Shown: positions 1 to 9,334 of the stretch, in pieces
Numbering within the stretch: position 1 is the first letter of the stretch
Layout: each line of letters opens with the position of its first letter
Assembly: GCA_047456305.1 (NCBI GenBank)
Contig: CP179888.1
Location: forward strand, 1,690 to 65,689
Direction: 5' to 3'
Length of the DNA: 64,000 nucleotides
Origin: Candidatus Nealsonbacteria bacterium
Lineage (GTDB): Bacteria; Patescibacteriota; Minisyncoccia; Minisyncoccales; CAZKCU01
Position numbers and translations under genes: made by a program
The notes under the pieces: generated by a model
The model's database searches: none
Seen by the model: only the letters and a program-made list of their open reading frames with translations
What the model was told of the DNA's origin: nothing

Positions 1-4
1 ATTT

Positions 5-358
5 TTGAAATTCCAAAAAGAACACAAGATAAAGTGGTTGGAAAGCGAGAAGTATGTCTATAGCAAGAAAAACAAGTTCGCTGGGATTCTTGATGCGATT
101 GGGAAAATGGATGGAAAGTTGGTTCTTATAGACTTCAAATCGAGCAAAGGAATTTACCCAGAAATGTTTTTGCAGGTGGCTGGATACAATATCGCCTACC
201 AAGAGGAAACAGGAAAGAAAATTGATAAAAAGATAATTGTGAAATTCGGAAAAGAAGACGGCTCATTTGAAATTAAGGAATTGGAAAACGAAGGAAAAGA
301 CGAAAAGGCATTCTTGGCCTGTCTTGAATTAACGAGAAGATTAAAAGAAATAAAATAA
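5..358 (+). CDS. PD-(D/E)XK nuclease, RecB/Cas4-like phage exonuclease (N-terminus may lie left of the window)
   Basis: ORF at the window edge. LVLIDFKSSKG...QVAGYNIAY resembles the D..(D/E)xK...QxxxY core of RecB-family nucleases. Confidence 0.5.
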   Translation: MKFQKEHKIKWLESEKYVYSKKNKFAGILDAIGKMDGKLVLIDFKSSKGIYPEMFLQVAGYNIAYQEETGKKIDKKIIVKFGKEDGSFEIKELENEGKDEKAFLACLELTRRLKEIK

Positions 359-359
359 T

Positions 360-776
360 ATGTCAGAGCCAACAATCCCAAAATGTCCGAGATGTGGGGC
401 AACCTTGGTAAAAATAAAGGACAAAGATTACTATGGTTGCCCCAAGTGGATGCCGTATGGCCAGGGATGCGAGGGAACAATATGGTTTCCTGAAGGGCAA
501 AGAGAGAAAAATTATCCGAACATTTCTTTCACTCATAAGGTTGAGAGCAAATCAAATCCTGGGCATTTTCACATAGTAAAAGTCTATGAGGATGGAAATA
601 TAGATTGTCCCTGTATCGCTGGGGTGACGAACAAATTTTGTAGGCACAAGAAACAAACAATCAAAGATCTGGTAATGGTTCTTAAAAAAATAAAGGAAAA
701 CTATTTAAAGAACTATGGAGGAGAAAAAAGAAAACAAGTTAATACCAAACTCGACGCAGATCCCGAATGTAATTAG
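360..776 (+). CDS. zinc-finger protein (N-terminal CxxC zinc ribbon plus SWIM-type CxC..CxH finger)
   Basis: CPRCGATLV...YYGCPKW resembles a topoisomerase-type zinc ribbon. DCPCIAGVTNKFCRHK fits the SWIM pattern. Confidence 0.5.
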   Translation: MSEPTIPKCPRCGATLVKIKDKDYYGCPKWMPYGQGCEGTIWFPEGQREKNYPNISFTHKVESKSNPGHFHIVKVYEDGNIDCPCIAGVTNKFCRHKKQTIKDLVMVLKKIKENYLKNYGGEKRKQVNTKLDADPECN

Positions 777-1608
777 CGACTTGATTGAACCCCGGGTTCC
801 AGAGGGAGAAGTGAGGTGCCTAAAATATATCTGCCGTAGAACTTACGGATTCCACAAAGAAAGGGACAGGATAAGCCTGACTCAATTTACAGATGGGTTA
901 AAGAATAAGGACGGGAAAAGATTAGATTACGGGGCCGGACTGTCAAGGCCGAGTGTAGTAGAGGCATTAAGAAATCTCATAGGAGCTAATATAGTCAAAG
1001 TTATTAAAACTTCCGGAGGCAATTATTACGAAATTAATCTTGAATTGTTTGTGAATAAGGATGTGGAAAAGGTAGCAGATGAGGTAGTTAAGAAAGTTAA
1101 CCAGTTAAGAAAGTTAACCAGAATTGGTAAAGAAAGTAAACCAAAACAGGTTAAGTTACTTAACCCACAAAAGAAAGGAAAGAAAGGAAACAAAGTAATT
1201 GTGTCGGACAAGCCGACGATTTGGAATTTAAAAGAAGAAATAGATAAACTACTAACTGACAAAAGGAGAGATCTCCAGGTAATAGGATTCTGGATTAAAG
1301 AAAGAAAATTCAAACCGGAGAATTCGCAACAACTCCAATCGCTCATAAAAAGAAATCTCCGGTCAGCGAAACTTTTAGAAGGATACAAGAATGAAGACAT
1401 AGCCGAAACGATAAAAGTAGTCCAAAACACCGATTGGATCAAGAAAATAACTCTCGAGACTATCGGGAAATTCATCGATGAGACAATCTCCCAAAAGAGA
1501 AAAGAAGGCCCGAAGATAATCAGATTCGAGCAGATAAAAGAAGACGGGCAGATAAAAATGAGGCCGATTTATGAAATACAAAAAAATTTCTTTAAATCAA
1601 AATTTTAG
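715..1608 (+). CDS. phage DNA-binding / replication-organizer-like protein
   Basis: 297-aa ORF in the early-gene position. The N-terminal segment VRCLKYICRRTYGFHKERDRISLTQF resembles replication-protein N-terminal wHTH domains. Assignment is weak. Confidence 0.3.
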   Translation: MEEKKENKLIPNSTQIPNVISDLIEPRVPEGEVRCLKYICRRTYGFHKERDRISLTQFTDGLKNKDGKRLDYGAGLSRPSVVEALRNLIGANIVKVIKTSGGNYYEINLELFVNKDVEKVADEVVKKVNQLRKLTRIGKESKPKQVKLLNPQKKGKKGNKVIVSDKPTIWNLKEEIDKLLTDKRRDLQVIGFWIKERKFKPENSQQLQSLIKRNLRSAKLLEGYKNEDIAETIKVVQNTDWIKKITLETIGKFIDETISQKRKEGPKIIRFEQIKEDGQIKMRPIYEIQKNFFKSKF

Positions 1609-1718
1609 GGAACCAATAAATAAAAATCAATCTCGTCTGATGGCCAAAATAAAGGAAGCTAAAGAAAGGACGAGACAATGGGCCTTGGGCACGGAGGTCG
1701 AATGGCCGGCAAAATCGG

Positions 1719-2150
1719 TTGATTCCAATAATAAAGAAAAATGATATGATTCCCATATTCGCCACAGGCCCAATCAACAAGATAAAAGTCATCGTCGGCT
1801 GGCTGGACACCGGAAGCAGGACGGCCGTATTCGAGATAACGCCAAAAAGGTATTTCCGGGAGGCCGGGACCTGCGGGATTGACTCCGACGTTTTCAGGAG
1901 GAAGTCGGTGAACTGGTGCAGGGAGTTCGTCTTCAAATTCTGGGACGGAAGGACATTCAGAATTAAGAAGGAGGATTTTATGTCTCATTGCTGGGAATAT
2001 CCGCCAGGGAACAACAAGGAATACAAGGCCAACCGGGGGGTCTTCAAGCCGAAGCTGATGATTCTTATTAGCAATTTGGAAAAGTTGGCGATTAAGCCCC
2101 CGACAAAAGAAGAAAGGGAAAGGGAAATGTTAATAGAGGCGATGAAATAA
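1719..2150 (+). CDS. hypothetical phage protein
   Basis: ORF in the + strand gene train, in a region that looks GC-rich. No motif recognised. Confidence 0.35.
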   Translation: MIPIIKKNDMIPIFATGPINKIKVIVGWLDTGSRTAVFEITPKRYFREAGTCGIDSDVFRRKSVNWCREFVFKFWDGRTFRIKKEDFMSHCWEYPPGNNKEYKANRGVFKPKLMILISNLEKLAIKPPTKEEREREMLIEAMK

Positions 2151-2152
2151 CT

Positions 2153-2371
2153 ATGCCAACTTGGAAAGGCGAAAAATGTAAAAACTGCGGACGACCCTAT
2201 AAAACAGGATTTAAAGTTTCAGATGTGATGTGGAGAGAAATTGTGCCCAAAAGATTACAGAATAAAAACCTTTGCCTGGACTGTTTTGATAATTTCTGCC
2301 AAAAAAAGAAAATCAGACCTAAAATTAAGATTTATTGGGCGGGATTTATTGAAATGAATTATCTAAAATAA
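2153..2371 (+). CDS. small zinc-ribbon protein
   Basis: Two Cys pairs, CKNCGRP and CLDCFDNFC. Tightly packed after the previous ORF. Confidence 0.4.
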   Translation: MPTWKGEKCKNCGRPYKTGFKVSDVMWREIVPKRLQNKNLCLDCFDNFCQKKKIRPKIKIYWAGFIEMNYLK

Positions 2372-2488
2372 CTATGCCAAAAACCAAAACAATTAAAGCG
2401 TGGGCGATAGTGAATAAAAGAAGTGGAAAAATTGAAACAGCTATGGGTTTTGACCCAATGATTTTCAAAAGAAAAAAGAAGCGAAATA

Positions 2489-2836
2489 ATGTCGAAGATA
2501 AGGGGCAAAAGAACAAGGCCAGAAATTTTATTTCACAATCTGTTGAAGGGGAATAGGGTTAAGCATGAGATGTGGCCGGGAATGTTTGGCAATCCGGATG
2601 TTCTATTAAAGGATTTTAAAGTTGTAATTTTTATAAATGGATGTTTCTGGCATGGGTGCAGAAGGCATTTCAGGGCGCCGAAAAGCAACAGAAAGTTTTG
2701 GGCAGAAAAGATAGAGAGAAATGTTTTGAGGCAAAAGTTAGCCATCGGGAAGCTGAGGAAGATGGGATTTGCGGTTGTTGTATTGTGGGAGCATGATTTG
2801 AGGTTTGCCGATAAAAAAGCAGTTAAAACACCTTAA
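2489..2836 (+). CDS. vsr: very-short-patch-repair (Vsr) type DNA mismatch endonuclease
   Basis: RPEILFHNLL..GNPDVLL..VVIFINGCFWHGC...P.SN..FW..KI..N..R....LRKMGFAVVVLWEHD matches the Vsr family signature. Confidence 0.8.
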   Translation: MSKIRGKRTRPEILFHNLLKGNRVKHEMWPGMFGNPDVLLKDFKVVIFINGCFWHGCRRHFRAPKSNRKFWAEKIERNVLRQKLAIGKLRKMGFAVVVLWEHDLRFADKKAVKTP

Positions 2837-2851
2837 TCGTTGAGGACTTTT

Positions 2852-3295
2852 ATGGGGGATAAAACCGATTTAGAAAAAGAGAAATTGTTGGAGGACGTCG
2901 AGGAGCTTTTCATAATGGGCATAACCAGGCCTGCCCAGATTTTGAGAGTGCCGGCCATCGCCGGAAGGATAGCGGAGCCGGAAACGGCCAAGAAATATCT
3001 GGACATCATCAGGCGGCGGTTGAGGAACAGATATAAGCAGGTGGAGAGGGACAAGATACTCAAAAAGGAGCTGAGGGATTTGGACTTTATGGAGAGGAAG
3101 CTTTGGCTTGTTTACAATTCGACGACTCTCGCCAATGAGAAGACGGGGGTGATGAACTCAATCCTCAAAATCAAGGAGCGCCGGGCAAAACTGTTGGGAT
3201 TCGACATTGAAACATTTAATATCAGCAAGGCCCCGAAAAACATCTGGGCATTGCTGGCGGAAGAAAATGATAAGGGACCACAAAAGGCTGATTGA
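2852..3295 (+). CDS. putative terminase small subunit
   Basis: 148-aa helical protein immediately upstream of, and overlapping, the large terminase. ATG at 2852 lies inside the TTG-started track ORF. Call is by position only. Confidence 0.35.
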   Translation: MGDKTDLEKEKLLEDVEELFIMGITRPAQILRVPAIAGRIAEPETAKKYLDIIRRRLRNRYKQVERDKILKKELRDLDFMERKLWLVYNSTTLANEKTGVMNSILKIKERRAKLLGFDIETFNISKAPKNIWALLAEENDKGPQKAD

Positions 3296-4649
3296 GCGGT
3301 TCTTCTTTATCGAGAACAAGCAGAGAAAGACTGTCCAGTTTATGTTCAATCTTGCCCAAGTAGACTACACATTGAAGCAGACATTGAAGGACATTCTGCT
3401 GAAGGCGAGGCAGCTCGGTTTTTCGAGCAAGATACTGGCAGAATGGCTGATAGAGTGCCTGACAGTAAAGAACACAAACGCGGTGGTAATCTCGCACGAG
3501 AAATCAGCAACCCAAAGGTTGCTGGCGAAGGTCAGGTTTTTTATCCAGAAGCTGAAGGAGCAGGAAATCCCAGAACTGGTTCCGAGAATCCAATACGAGA
3601 GTAAAAGCGAGATATACTTTCCGGAGCAGAACTCAAGATACTACATAGGGACGGCCGGACAGAGGACATTCGGAAGGGGGGATACCATCCACAGGATCCA
3701 CTGCTCGGAGATGGCCTACTGGCCGAACGCCGAGAAGCTGATGTCGGGGATATTGGAGGCCGTGCCGGAGAGGATAGGGAGGATAGTGATAGAATCGACT
3801 GCCAACGGGATGGGGGGAGACGGCGAGTATTTTTACAGGCTTTGCGAGGAATCGAAAAAGAGGGAGAACGACTTCAAGCTCCATTTCTATCCCTGGTGGT
3901 GGGATTTGGATTATAAGTTGGACATCAGGTCGGAGGGAGAATTGACCCAAGAGGAAAAGAATCTGATGGCCAGATATAATCTGACGGACTATCAGATAGC
4001 TTGGAGGAGGATGAAGAAAAAGCAACAGAGGGACAAGTTTTCGCAGGAATACCCGGAGGATTCGGAGACCTGCTTTTTGCAGTCCGGGAGGCCGGTCTTT
4101 TCGGGGAAGATTAAACTAAAGGGGAAGCCGGAGGAGCCGATAGCCAAAGAGGAATATGTGATCGGAGCGGACCCGGCCGAGGGACTGGCGACGGGAGACG
4201 ATAGTGCTGCGAAGGTCTTCAAGAAAAGCACTTGGAGGCAGGTGGCTGGCATCAGGGGGAAATGGGATCCGAGGACGTTCGCCGTAAAGCTGGATCAGTT
4301 GGGCAGGAAATATAACTTTGCCCTGATAGGGGTCGAAAGGAACAATCACGGTCATGCGGTCCTGCTCAAGCTGAGGGAGTTGGAATATCCGAGAATCTAT
4401 GTCCATTGGGACAAGAAATACGGGTGGATCACGGACTCGAAGACAAAATACATTCTGCTGGACGAGTTGGGAGAGGCCCTGGAGGAGGATTTGGTCGGCT
4501 TCTATGAAGAGGACATTCTGGCCGATGTGCGGGCCTGCCAATACGACGACAAGGGGAATGTCGACACCCAGGGGAAGGACGGGCTGATGGCGATGGGCAT
4601 TGCCTGGCAGATGAGGAAGGTGGTGTCGCCCGGCATCGAGTGGATTTAA
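3267..4649 (+). CDS. terminase large subunit
   Basis: About 460 aa. ATPase region followed by a nuclease-like C-terminus (GADPAEG..DDSA). Position upstream of the portal. ATG at 3267 chosen within track ORF 3207..4649. Confidence 0.75.
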   Translation: MIRDHKRLIERFFFIENKQRKTVQFMFNLAQVDYTLKQTLKDILLKARQLGFSSKILAEWLIECLTVKNTNAVVISHEKSATQRLLAKVRFFIQKLKEQEIPELVPRIQYESKSEIYFPEQNSRYYIGTAGQRTFGRGDTIHRIHCSEMAYWPNAEKLMSGILEAVPERIGRIVIESTANGMGGDGEYFYRLCEESKKRENDFKLHFYPWWWDLDYKLDIRSEGELTQEEKNLMARYNLTDYQIAWRRMKKKQQRDKFSQEYPEDSETCFLQSGRPVFSGKIKLKGKPEEPIAKEEYVIGADPAEGLATGDDSAAKVFKKSTWRQVAGIRGKWDPRTFAVKLDQLGRKYNFALIGVERNNHGHAVLLKLRELEYPRIYVHWDKKYGWITDSKTKYILLDELGEALEEDLVGFYEEDILADVRACQYDDKGNVDTQGKDGLMAMGIAWQMRKVVSPGIEWI

Positions 4650-4692
4650 AAAAAATGTCACAAGAAAAACTCATCGAAATAAAGGTCAAAAA

Positions 4693-4917
4693 ATGGAGGG
4701 AGAAAAAATAAAAATAGAGTTGACAGAGAGTGAGGTGGAATACTTTAAAAAGTTCAGAAAGTATCAGGATGATTTTGATATTTTGTTAAAGGCGGGGATA
4801 TTTGATTTCACCAATGGGTGTGCTATAATACATAGAGATTCGACAGGGACATTGAAGAATGTAGAAATTAAAATAATGTCTTTTGTCAAATCAAAAAAGG
4901 TCAAGGTTATTAAATAA
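4693..4917 (+). CDS. hypothetical phage protein
   Basis: 74-aa ORF after the terminase. Confidence 0.3.
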   Translation: MEGEKIKIELTESEVEYFKKFRKYQDDFDILLKAGIFDFTNGCAIIHRDSTGTLKNVEIKIMSFVKSKKVKVIK

Positions 4918-4921
4918 AATT

Positions 4922-5368
4922 ATGGATGATATGGCATTAAAAAATAAAATTTCAAAGAACTGGATTTGGATTATTTTGGCGGTTTCCTTGGTGGCGATTA
5001 TATTGATTATCAATAGCGGAAAAAAGATTGAGACCCAAGAGATTCAAACTCCCGTGGTTGAAAGTGGAAAGTTAGATATCGGAGAGGAGGGAGTTATCAA
5101 TTTCAGGGAAGATAAGAGCGATTGTAGTGGTGAGGACAAAATAGTTTTGGGGATAACCAAAGAAGACCAAGATAAAATTGGCAAGGCCCTTTCTGCGGAA
5201 GACTGGATGGGAATCACAGAATTGATATCTATAGGAAAAGCATTTTCGGTGGGCATTTGCACAAAGGCGAAAGTTATTGACAGAGCAATGTTTCTTCGGC
5301 AGGTTCGCATTTTGGAGGGTGAAAATATCGGCAAATCTGGTTGGCTACCATACGAGTGGATAAAATAG
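4922..5368 (+). CDS. membrane-anchored hypothetical protein
   Basis: N-terminal TM segment WIWIILAVSLVAIILII. ATG at 4922 lies within track ORF 4883..5368. Confidence 0.4.
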   Translation: MDDMALKNKISKNWIWIILAVSLVAIILIINSGKKIETQEIQTPVVESGKLDIGEEGVINFREDKSDCSGEDKIVLGITKEDQDKIGKALSAEDWMGITELISIGKAFSVGICTKAKVIDRAMFLRQVRILEGENIGKSGWLPYEWIK

Positions 5369-5380
5369 CATAGTAAGGGC

Positions 5381-5410
5381 TTGACAAGCTGTTTTGGTTT
5401 GAGATATTAT
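5381..5410 (+). promoter_or_regulatory. sigma70-like promoter (TTGACA-18-TATTAT)
   Basis: TTGACA at 5381-5386 and TATTAT at 5405-5410, in the gap before the portal gene. Confidence 0.4.
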
Positions 5411-5464
5411 AAAATAATAGTTTTGCCCTAACTCAAGGCGAAGCGAAATAACTTCTAACCACGA

Positions 5465-5526
5465 GCGGGCAATTACAGAAGCTTACGCTTTTTGCGTTGG
5501 CATTTGTAATTGCCCGCTTTTTATTT
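5465..5526 (+). terminator. intrinsic terminator-like hairpin
   Basis: Perfect 13-bp stem, GCGGGCAATTACA (5465-5477) pairing with TGTAATTGCCCGC (5505-5517), followed by TTTTTATTT. Confidence 0.6.
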
Positions 5527-5539
5527 GGGCAATTTTTAA

Positions 5540-7648
5540 ATGGGATTAGTAGCAAATCTTAAAAACTTTTTAAATATTAGAACAAAGGCAGCAGGATTTC
5601 TCTCTCGTTCGGATTTCGGTTTGGTGAGCCGGTTATTCGGGCAGGAATGGGGAGAGCTCAAATATCTGGAGGCCTATGGGAAGTCGCTCTATGTATATGC
5701 CTGCGTCTCGAAGATAGCCGAGAAGATCGGGAGCATCGATTTCAAACTCAACAAGATAATCAACAAGGAGGGAGACACGGAGGAGGTATTGAGCCATGAG
5801 ATTCTCGACCTGCTTTACATGGCAAACCCCTTTTATACGAAGGCGGAGTTCCTCGAGACCGACGTGATAAACAGGAAGCTGACAGGTGATTCGTTCATTT
5901 TGAAAATCAGGAACACGGCTGGTCAGATTGCCGAGCTTTGGAACATAAGGCCAGACTTGGTGACCATCCATCCCGATCCGGAAAACTACATCGGGTATTA
6001 CGAGATACTGACAGCGCAGGGAAAAAGAAAGAGGGTCGAGACGACGGAGATGATTCACATAAAATACCCGTCGCCCCTCAATACGCTCTTGGGAATGTCA
6101 CCCTTGTCGTCGGCCAAAGTCAGGGTGGACATAGAGAAGTATGCTTCGGAATTCCAGAGGGACTTCTTCCTTAACAATGCGAGACCCGATGCGATGATTG
6201 AGCTGGAGGGCGGATTGACCGAAGTGCAAAGGCAGGAACTGAAAGAGGGTTGGGAGAAGAGACACAAGGGTGTTGGTAAAAGTTCAAAGATCGGAGTCCT
6301 GTTCGGTGGGGCGAAATACCATCAGGTGAGCCTGACCCAGAAGGAGATGGACTACATTGAGTCGATGAAGTTCACCCGGGATGACATTCTGGTGGCGTTC
6401 AAAGTTCCTAAGCCGATCGTGGCCATAACCGACGACGTGAACCGGGCCAATGCCGAGACGGCTCAGGAGATATTCTTGAACGAGACAATAATTCCAGAGG
6501 TAAAGAGGCTCGTTGACAAGCTGAACGAGCAACTAATAAGGCCAGACTTCGGAGAGGAATATTTTGTATCATTTGCCGATCCTGTCCCAGTAAATAGGGA
6601 GATGCGGTTGAACGAATTCGACAAGGGAATCGACAGATGGATCACCATAAACGAGGCGAGGAGGGAAATGAAGCTCGAAGTGATACCAGGTGGAGATGTC
6701 CTTTTCAGGCCGATGATGGTTCAGCCGGTTGCCACTATTGGGGAAAAGCCAGAAGAGAAAAATTATAGGAATCTCCATGGCAAAAGAGTTCTGAAATATA
6801 AGTTCCAATTAAGAGAGGAACTGCAAACTAAAATTAAGGAGATACAAATGAAAGTGAAAGAAAAGGTTAAAGAAAAAATAGATATATTAAAAAAGGGTAT
6901 AAAAGACAATTCTCTTTTCAAGGATGTGGGAAGAAGGAGACAATATTGGGATTACAGAATGAAGGATATTGATGTAAAGAGTAAGAGAATGAGGTCTCTG
7001 GTTATCACTATAAAAAATCAACAGAAGGAAAAGTTTATTGATAAATTTAAGAAAGTTAATCCAAAAACAAAATCTGACATCAGGAAACTGTTTAATAGAA
7101 AAGAGGCGAACCGAGAATTTAAGAAAGCGATACTGCCCTTGATGCTCTCGATCTTCAAGGAGGCGGGAGAGGATGCGATGTCGCTGCTGAGATTGGACAA
7201 GCCATTTGACATCGAAAAGAAAGTTGGCCCAACGATATTGGGACTCCTTGAAAAACGGGCAGCATTCTTTGCGAGTAGTGTGAATGAAACGACTCTTCTT
7301 GGATTGGCAGAAACCCTTGCCATAGGTATAGAGGCAGGAGAAAGCATAAAAGACCTTGAAAACAGAATAACTGATGAGTATGACAACTTCCAGAAATACC
7401 GGGCTGGAATGATAGCCAGAACGGAAACCAATGCGGTCGTGAACGAGGCTCATTTAGAAGCATATGACCAGAGCGAGGTTGTGGAGGGCAAGGAATGGGT
7501 GGCTACTCTTGATGACAGAACCAGGGACGAGCACCTGATGATGGACGGGGAGATAGTCGGCAAAGATGCACCATTCAGCAACGGGCTTGACTATCCTTCA
7601 GAGCCAAACTGCCGATGCACTGTAGCTCCTGTGGTTAATCTGATTTAG
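5540..7648 (+). CDS. portal protein fused to a Mu F / SPP1 gp7-like minor head protein domain
   Basis: 702 aa. The N-terminal ~400 aa is portal-like. The C-terminus ARTETNAVVNEA...WVATLDDRTRDEH..MDGE...PNCRCT is the Mu F-like head morphogenesis signature. Confidence 0.8.
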   Translation: MGLVANLKNFLNIRTKAAGFLSRSDFGLVSRLFGQEWGELKYLEAYGKSLYVYACVSKIAEKIGSIDFKLNKIINKEGDTEEVLSHEILDLLYMANPFYTKAEFLETDVINRKLTGDSFILKIRNTAGQIAELWNIRPDLVTIHPDPENYIGYYEILTAQGKRKRVETTEMIHIKYPSPLNTLLGMSPLSSAKVRVDIEKYASEFQRDFFLNNARPDAMIELEGGLTEVQRQELKEGWEKRHKGVGKSSKIGVLFGGAKYHQVSLTQKEMDYIESMKFTRDDILVAFKVPKPIVAITDDVNRANAETAQEIFLNETIIPEVKRLVDKLNEQLIRPDFGEEYFVSFADPVPVNREMRLNEFDKGIDRWITINEARREMKLEVIPGGDVLFRPMMVQPVATIGEKPEEKNYRNLHGKRVLKYKFQLREELQTKIKEIQMKVKEKVKEKIDILKKGIKDNSLFKDVGRRRQYWDYRMKDIDVKSKRMRSLVITIKNQQKEKFIDKFKKVNPKTKSDIRKLFNRKEANREFKKAILPLMLSIFKEAGEDAMSLLRLDKPFDIEKKVGPTILGLLEKRAAFFASSVNETTLLGLAETLAIGIEAGESIKDLENRITDEYDNFQKYRAGMIARTETNAVVNEAHLEAYDQSEVVEGKEWVATLDDRTRDEHLMMDGEIVGKDAPFSNGLDYPSEPNCRCTVAPVVNLI

Positions 7649-7651
7649 ACT

Positions 7652-8344
7652 ATGGATTTAGCATATGTCGTAGGCAAAGGAGACTCACAGAAGCACAATG
7701 AGCTGAGATTTTCAGTAAGAAGTGCCGAAAAATATTTAAAATTTGATAGGTTGTTTCTGATAGGATACAAGCCGACCTTCTTCAACGATAAAGCGATACA
7801 TACATTTGTCCCGGACGACCAAGGGCACAAATACAAGAATGTTGCCAAGAAGATAAGGATCCTGTTGAACGACGAAAGGATATCTGATGACTTTATTTTT
7901 ATGAATGACGACTTCTTCATCCTGAAGGAGTATGAGGAAATCCCATATTATTACAACAAGACAATAAAGGAGTGGATCAATGATTACCCGACCCGCAAAG
8001 GAAGATATTACGGGCAGATAGAGGGATTGTATAAAGTGTTCCCAGAGGGGAAGTTTTTCGAGGCACACTTCCCGATAGTTTACAACAAAAGGATGGCGAG
8101 AGCAGTAATGGAGAAATACCAATTGAAATTGACCCTGATGCTGAGAAGCTTCTACTGCAATGAATACATAGACAGGATAAAGCCAGAGGAATCAAGGGAT
8201 CATAAAATATACAACTCGGATAAGATAGAATCGACATTTAAGAGCACTCCATTTGTCTCGTCCACAAATGCAATAGCAACGAATTCGATATTCAAAAACA
8301 TTCTTTTAACGAGGTTTCCTAAAAAATCTCAATATGAAAAATAA
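7652..8344 (+). CDS. Stealth (CR1/CR2)-like sugar-phosphate/glycosyl transferase-like protein
   Basis: DLAYVVGKGD..HNELRFSVRSAEKY...FIFMNDDFF resembles Stealth conserved regions (ELRYSLRS, NDD.F). Confidence 0.45.
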   Translation: MDLAYVVGKGDSQKHNELRFSVRSAEKYLKFDRLFLIGYKPTFFNDKAIHTFVPDDQGHKYKNVAKKIRILLNDERISDDFIFMNDDFFILKEYEEIPYYYNKTIKEWINDYPTRKGRYYGQIEGLYKVFPEGKFFEAHFPIVYNKRMARAVMEKYQLKLTLMLRSFYCNEYIDRIKPEESRDHKIYNSDKIESTFKSTPFVSSTNAIATNSIFKNILLTRFPKKSQYEK

Positions 8345-8376
8345 TCAAAGTCGAAATAAATAACAATATTAAAAAA

Positions 8377-9333
8377 ATGGAACTGATAAAGAAACAATTA
8401 GATATAAAGGTGAAGGAGTTCAATGAGGAAGAGGGGACAATAAGGGCGATTCTTGCTTCTGGCATGCCTGATAGGCAAGGAGATATGATTGATAACTCAA
8501 GCTGGAATTTTGATGATTATAAGAAGAATCCAGTGGTTCTTTGGGCTCATGACCATACTCAGCCAGCGATAGCACAGGCATTGGAAATAGGGATCAATTC
8601 AGATGGGATGCTTGAGGCAGTGGTTAAGTTTGCTGTGGAGGAATATGAATTTGCCAAAACAGTATTCAAACTAATCTCTGGCAAGTTTATGAGGGCTTTC
8701 TCCGTTGGATTTTTCAGCAACAAGATAGAAGAAATAAACGATATCAGAATTCTGAGAGACAACATCTTATATGAGTTTTCTGTAGTCAATGTAGGAGCAG
8801 ATGCTTTGGCGCTTGCCAAGACAAAAGGGATAGATGTCAGTTCGATTGAGAAGATGGAGGAGAAAAGAGACATAGAGAAGCCATATCCAACTGAACATTC
8901 CTGCCGCCTTGAGGATCCTGGCAAGTATAAAAAGTTTAGAAGAGATAACTGTGCGGCTAAGCACGATGGAAAGTGTATAGACTATATTTACGGAATTTTA
9001 AGTCCCAAAAAATCAGAATTACAGGCTATGAGATATGATAAGGAAATATGGACAGAAGCCAATGCCAAATCTCATTGTAAGGATAATGATGGAACTTTTG
9101 AACCGGCTAGTGAAAAGGAACACAAAGTTCGCCTTGAAAAGGAGGGGAGAGTTCTATCAGCAAAGAATAGAGGAGTGATAGAGAAAGCGAAAGGCGCTCT
9201 TGAGGATGTTTTAAGAGCTGATGAGGACAGCCGGGCAGACAAGAAGAAGAGTAGGATTGCGATAAACCAAACAAATTATAAGAGAGTCTTAAGCAAGGCA
9301 ATACGGGAGTTAATAGAGGCAAGGAACATATAA
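8377..9333 (+). CDS. prohead (HK97-type) maturation protease with C-terminal extension
   Basis: GTIRAILASGMPDRQGDMID...VVLWAHD..P...FSVGF resembles the HK97 prohead protease family. Lies between portal and capsid. Confidence 0.7.
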   Translation: MELIKKQLDIKVKEFNEEEGTIRAILASGMPDRQGDMIDNSSWNFDDYKKNPVVLWAHDHTQPAIAQALEIGINSDGMLEAVVKFAVEEYEFAKTVFKLISGKFMRAFSVGFFSNKIEEINDIRILRDNILYEFSVVNVGADALALAKTKGIDVSSIEKMEEKRDIEKPYPTEHSCRLEDPGKYKKFRRDNCAAKHDGKCIDYIYGILSPKKSELQAMRYDKEIWTEANAKSHCKDNDGTFEPASEKEHKVRLEKEGRVLSAKNRGVIEKAKGALEDVLRADEDSRADKKKSRIAINQTNYKRVLSKAIRELIEARNI

Positions 9334-9334
9334 A

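Noticed and set aside
3222-4689. Long minus-strand ORFs inside the terminase gene (3633..4025, 4116..4661, 4429..4689 and others).
   Set aside because: The region looks GC-rich, which lowers stop-codon frequency on the antisense strand. The translations are Pro/Arg/Gly-rich with no motifs, while the + strand encodes a recognisable terminase.
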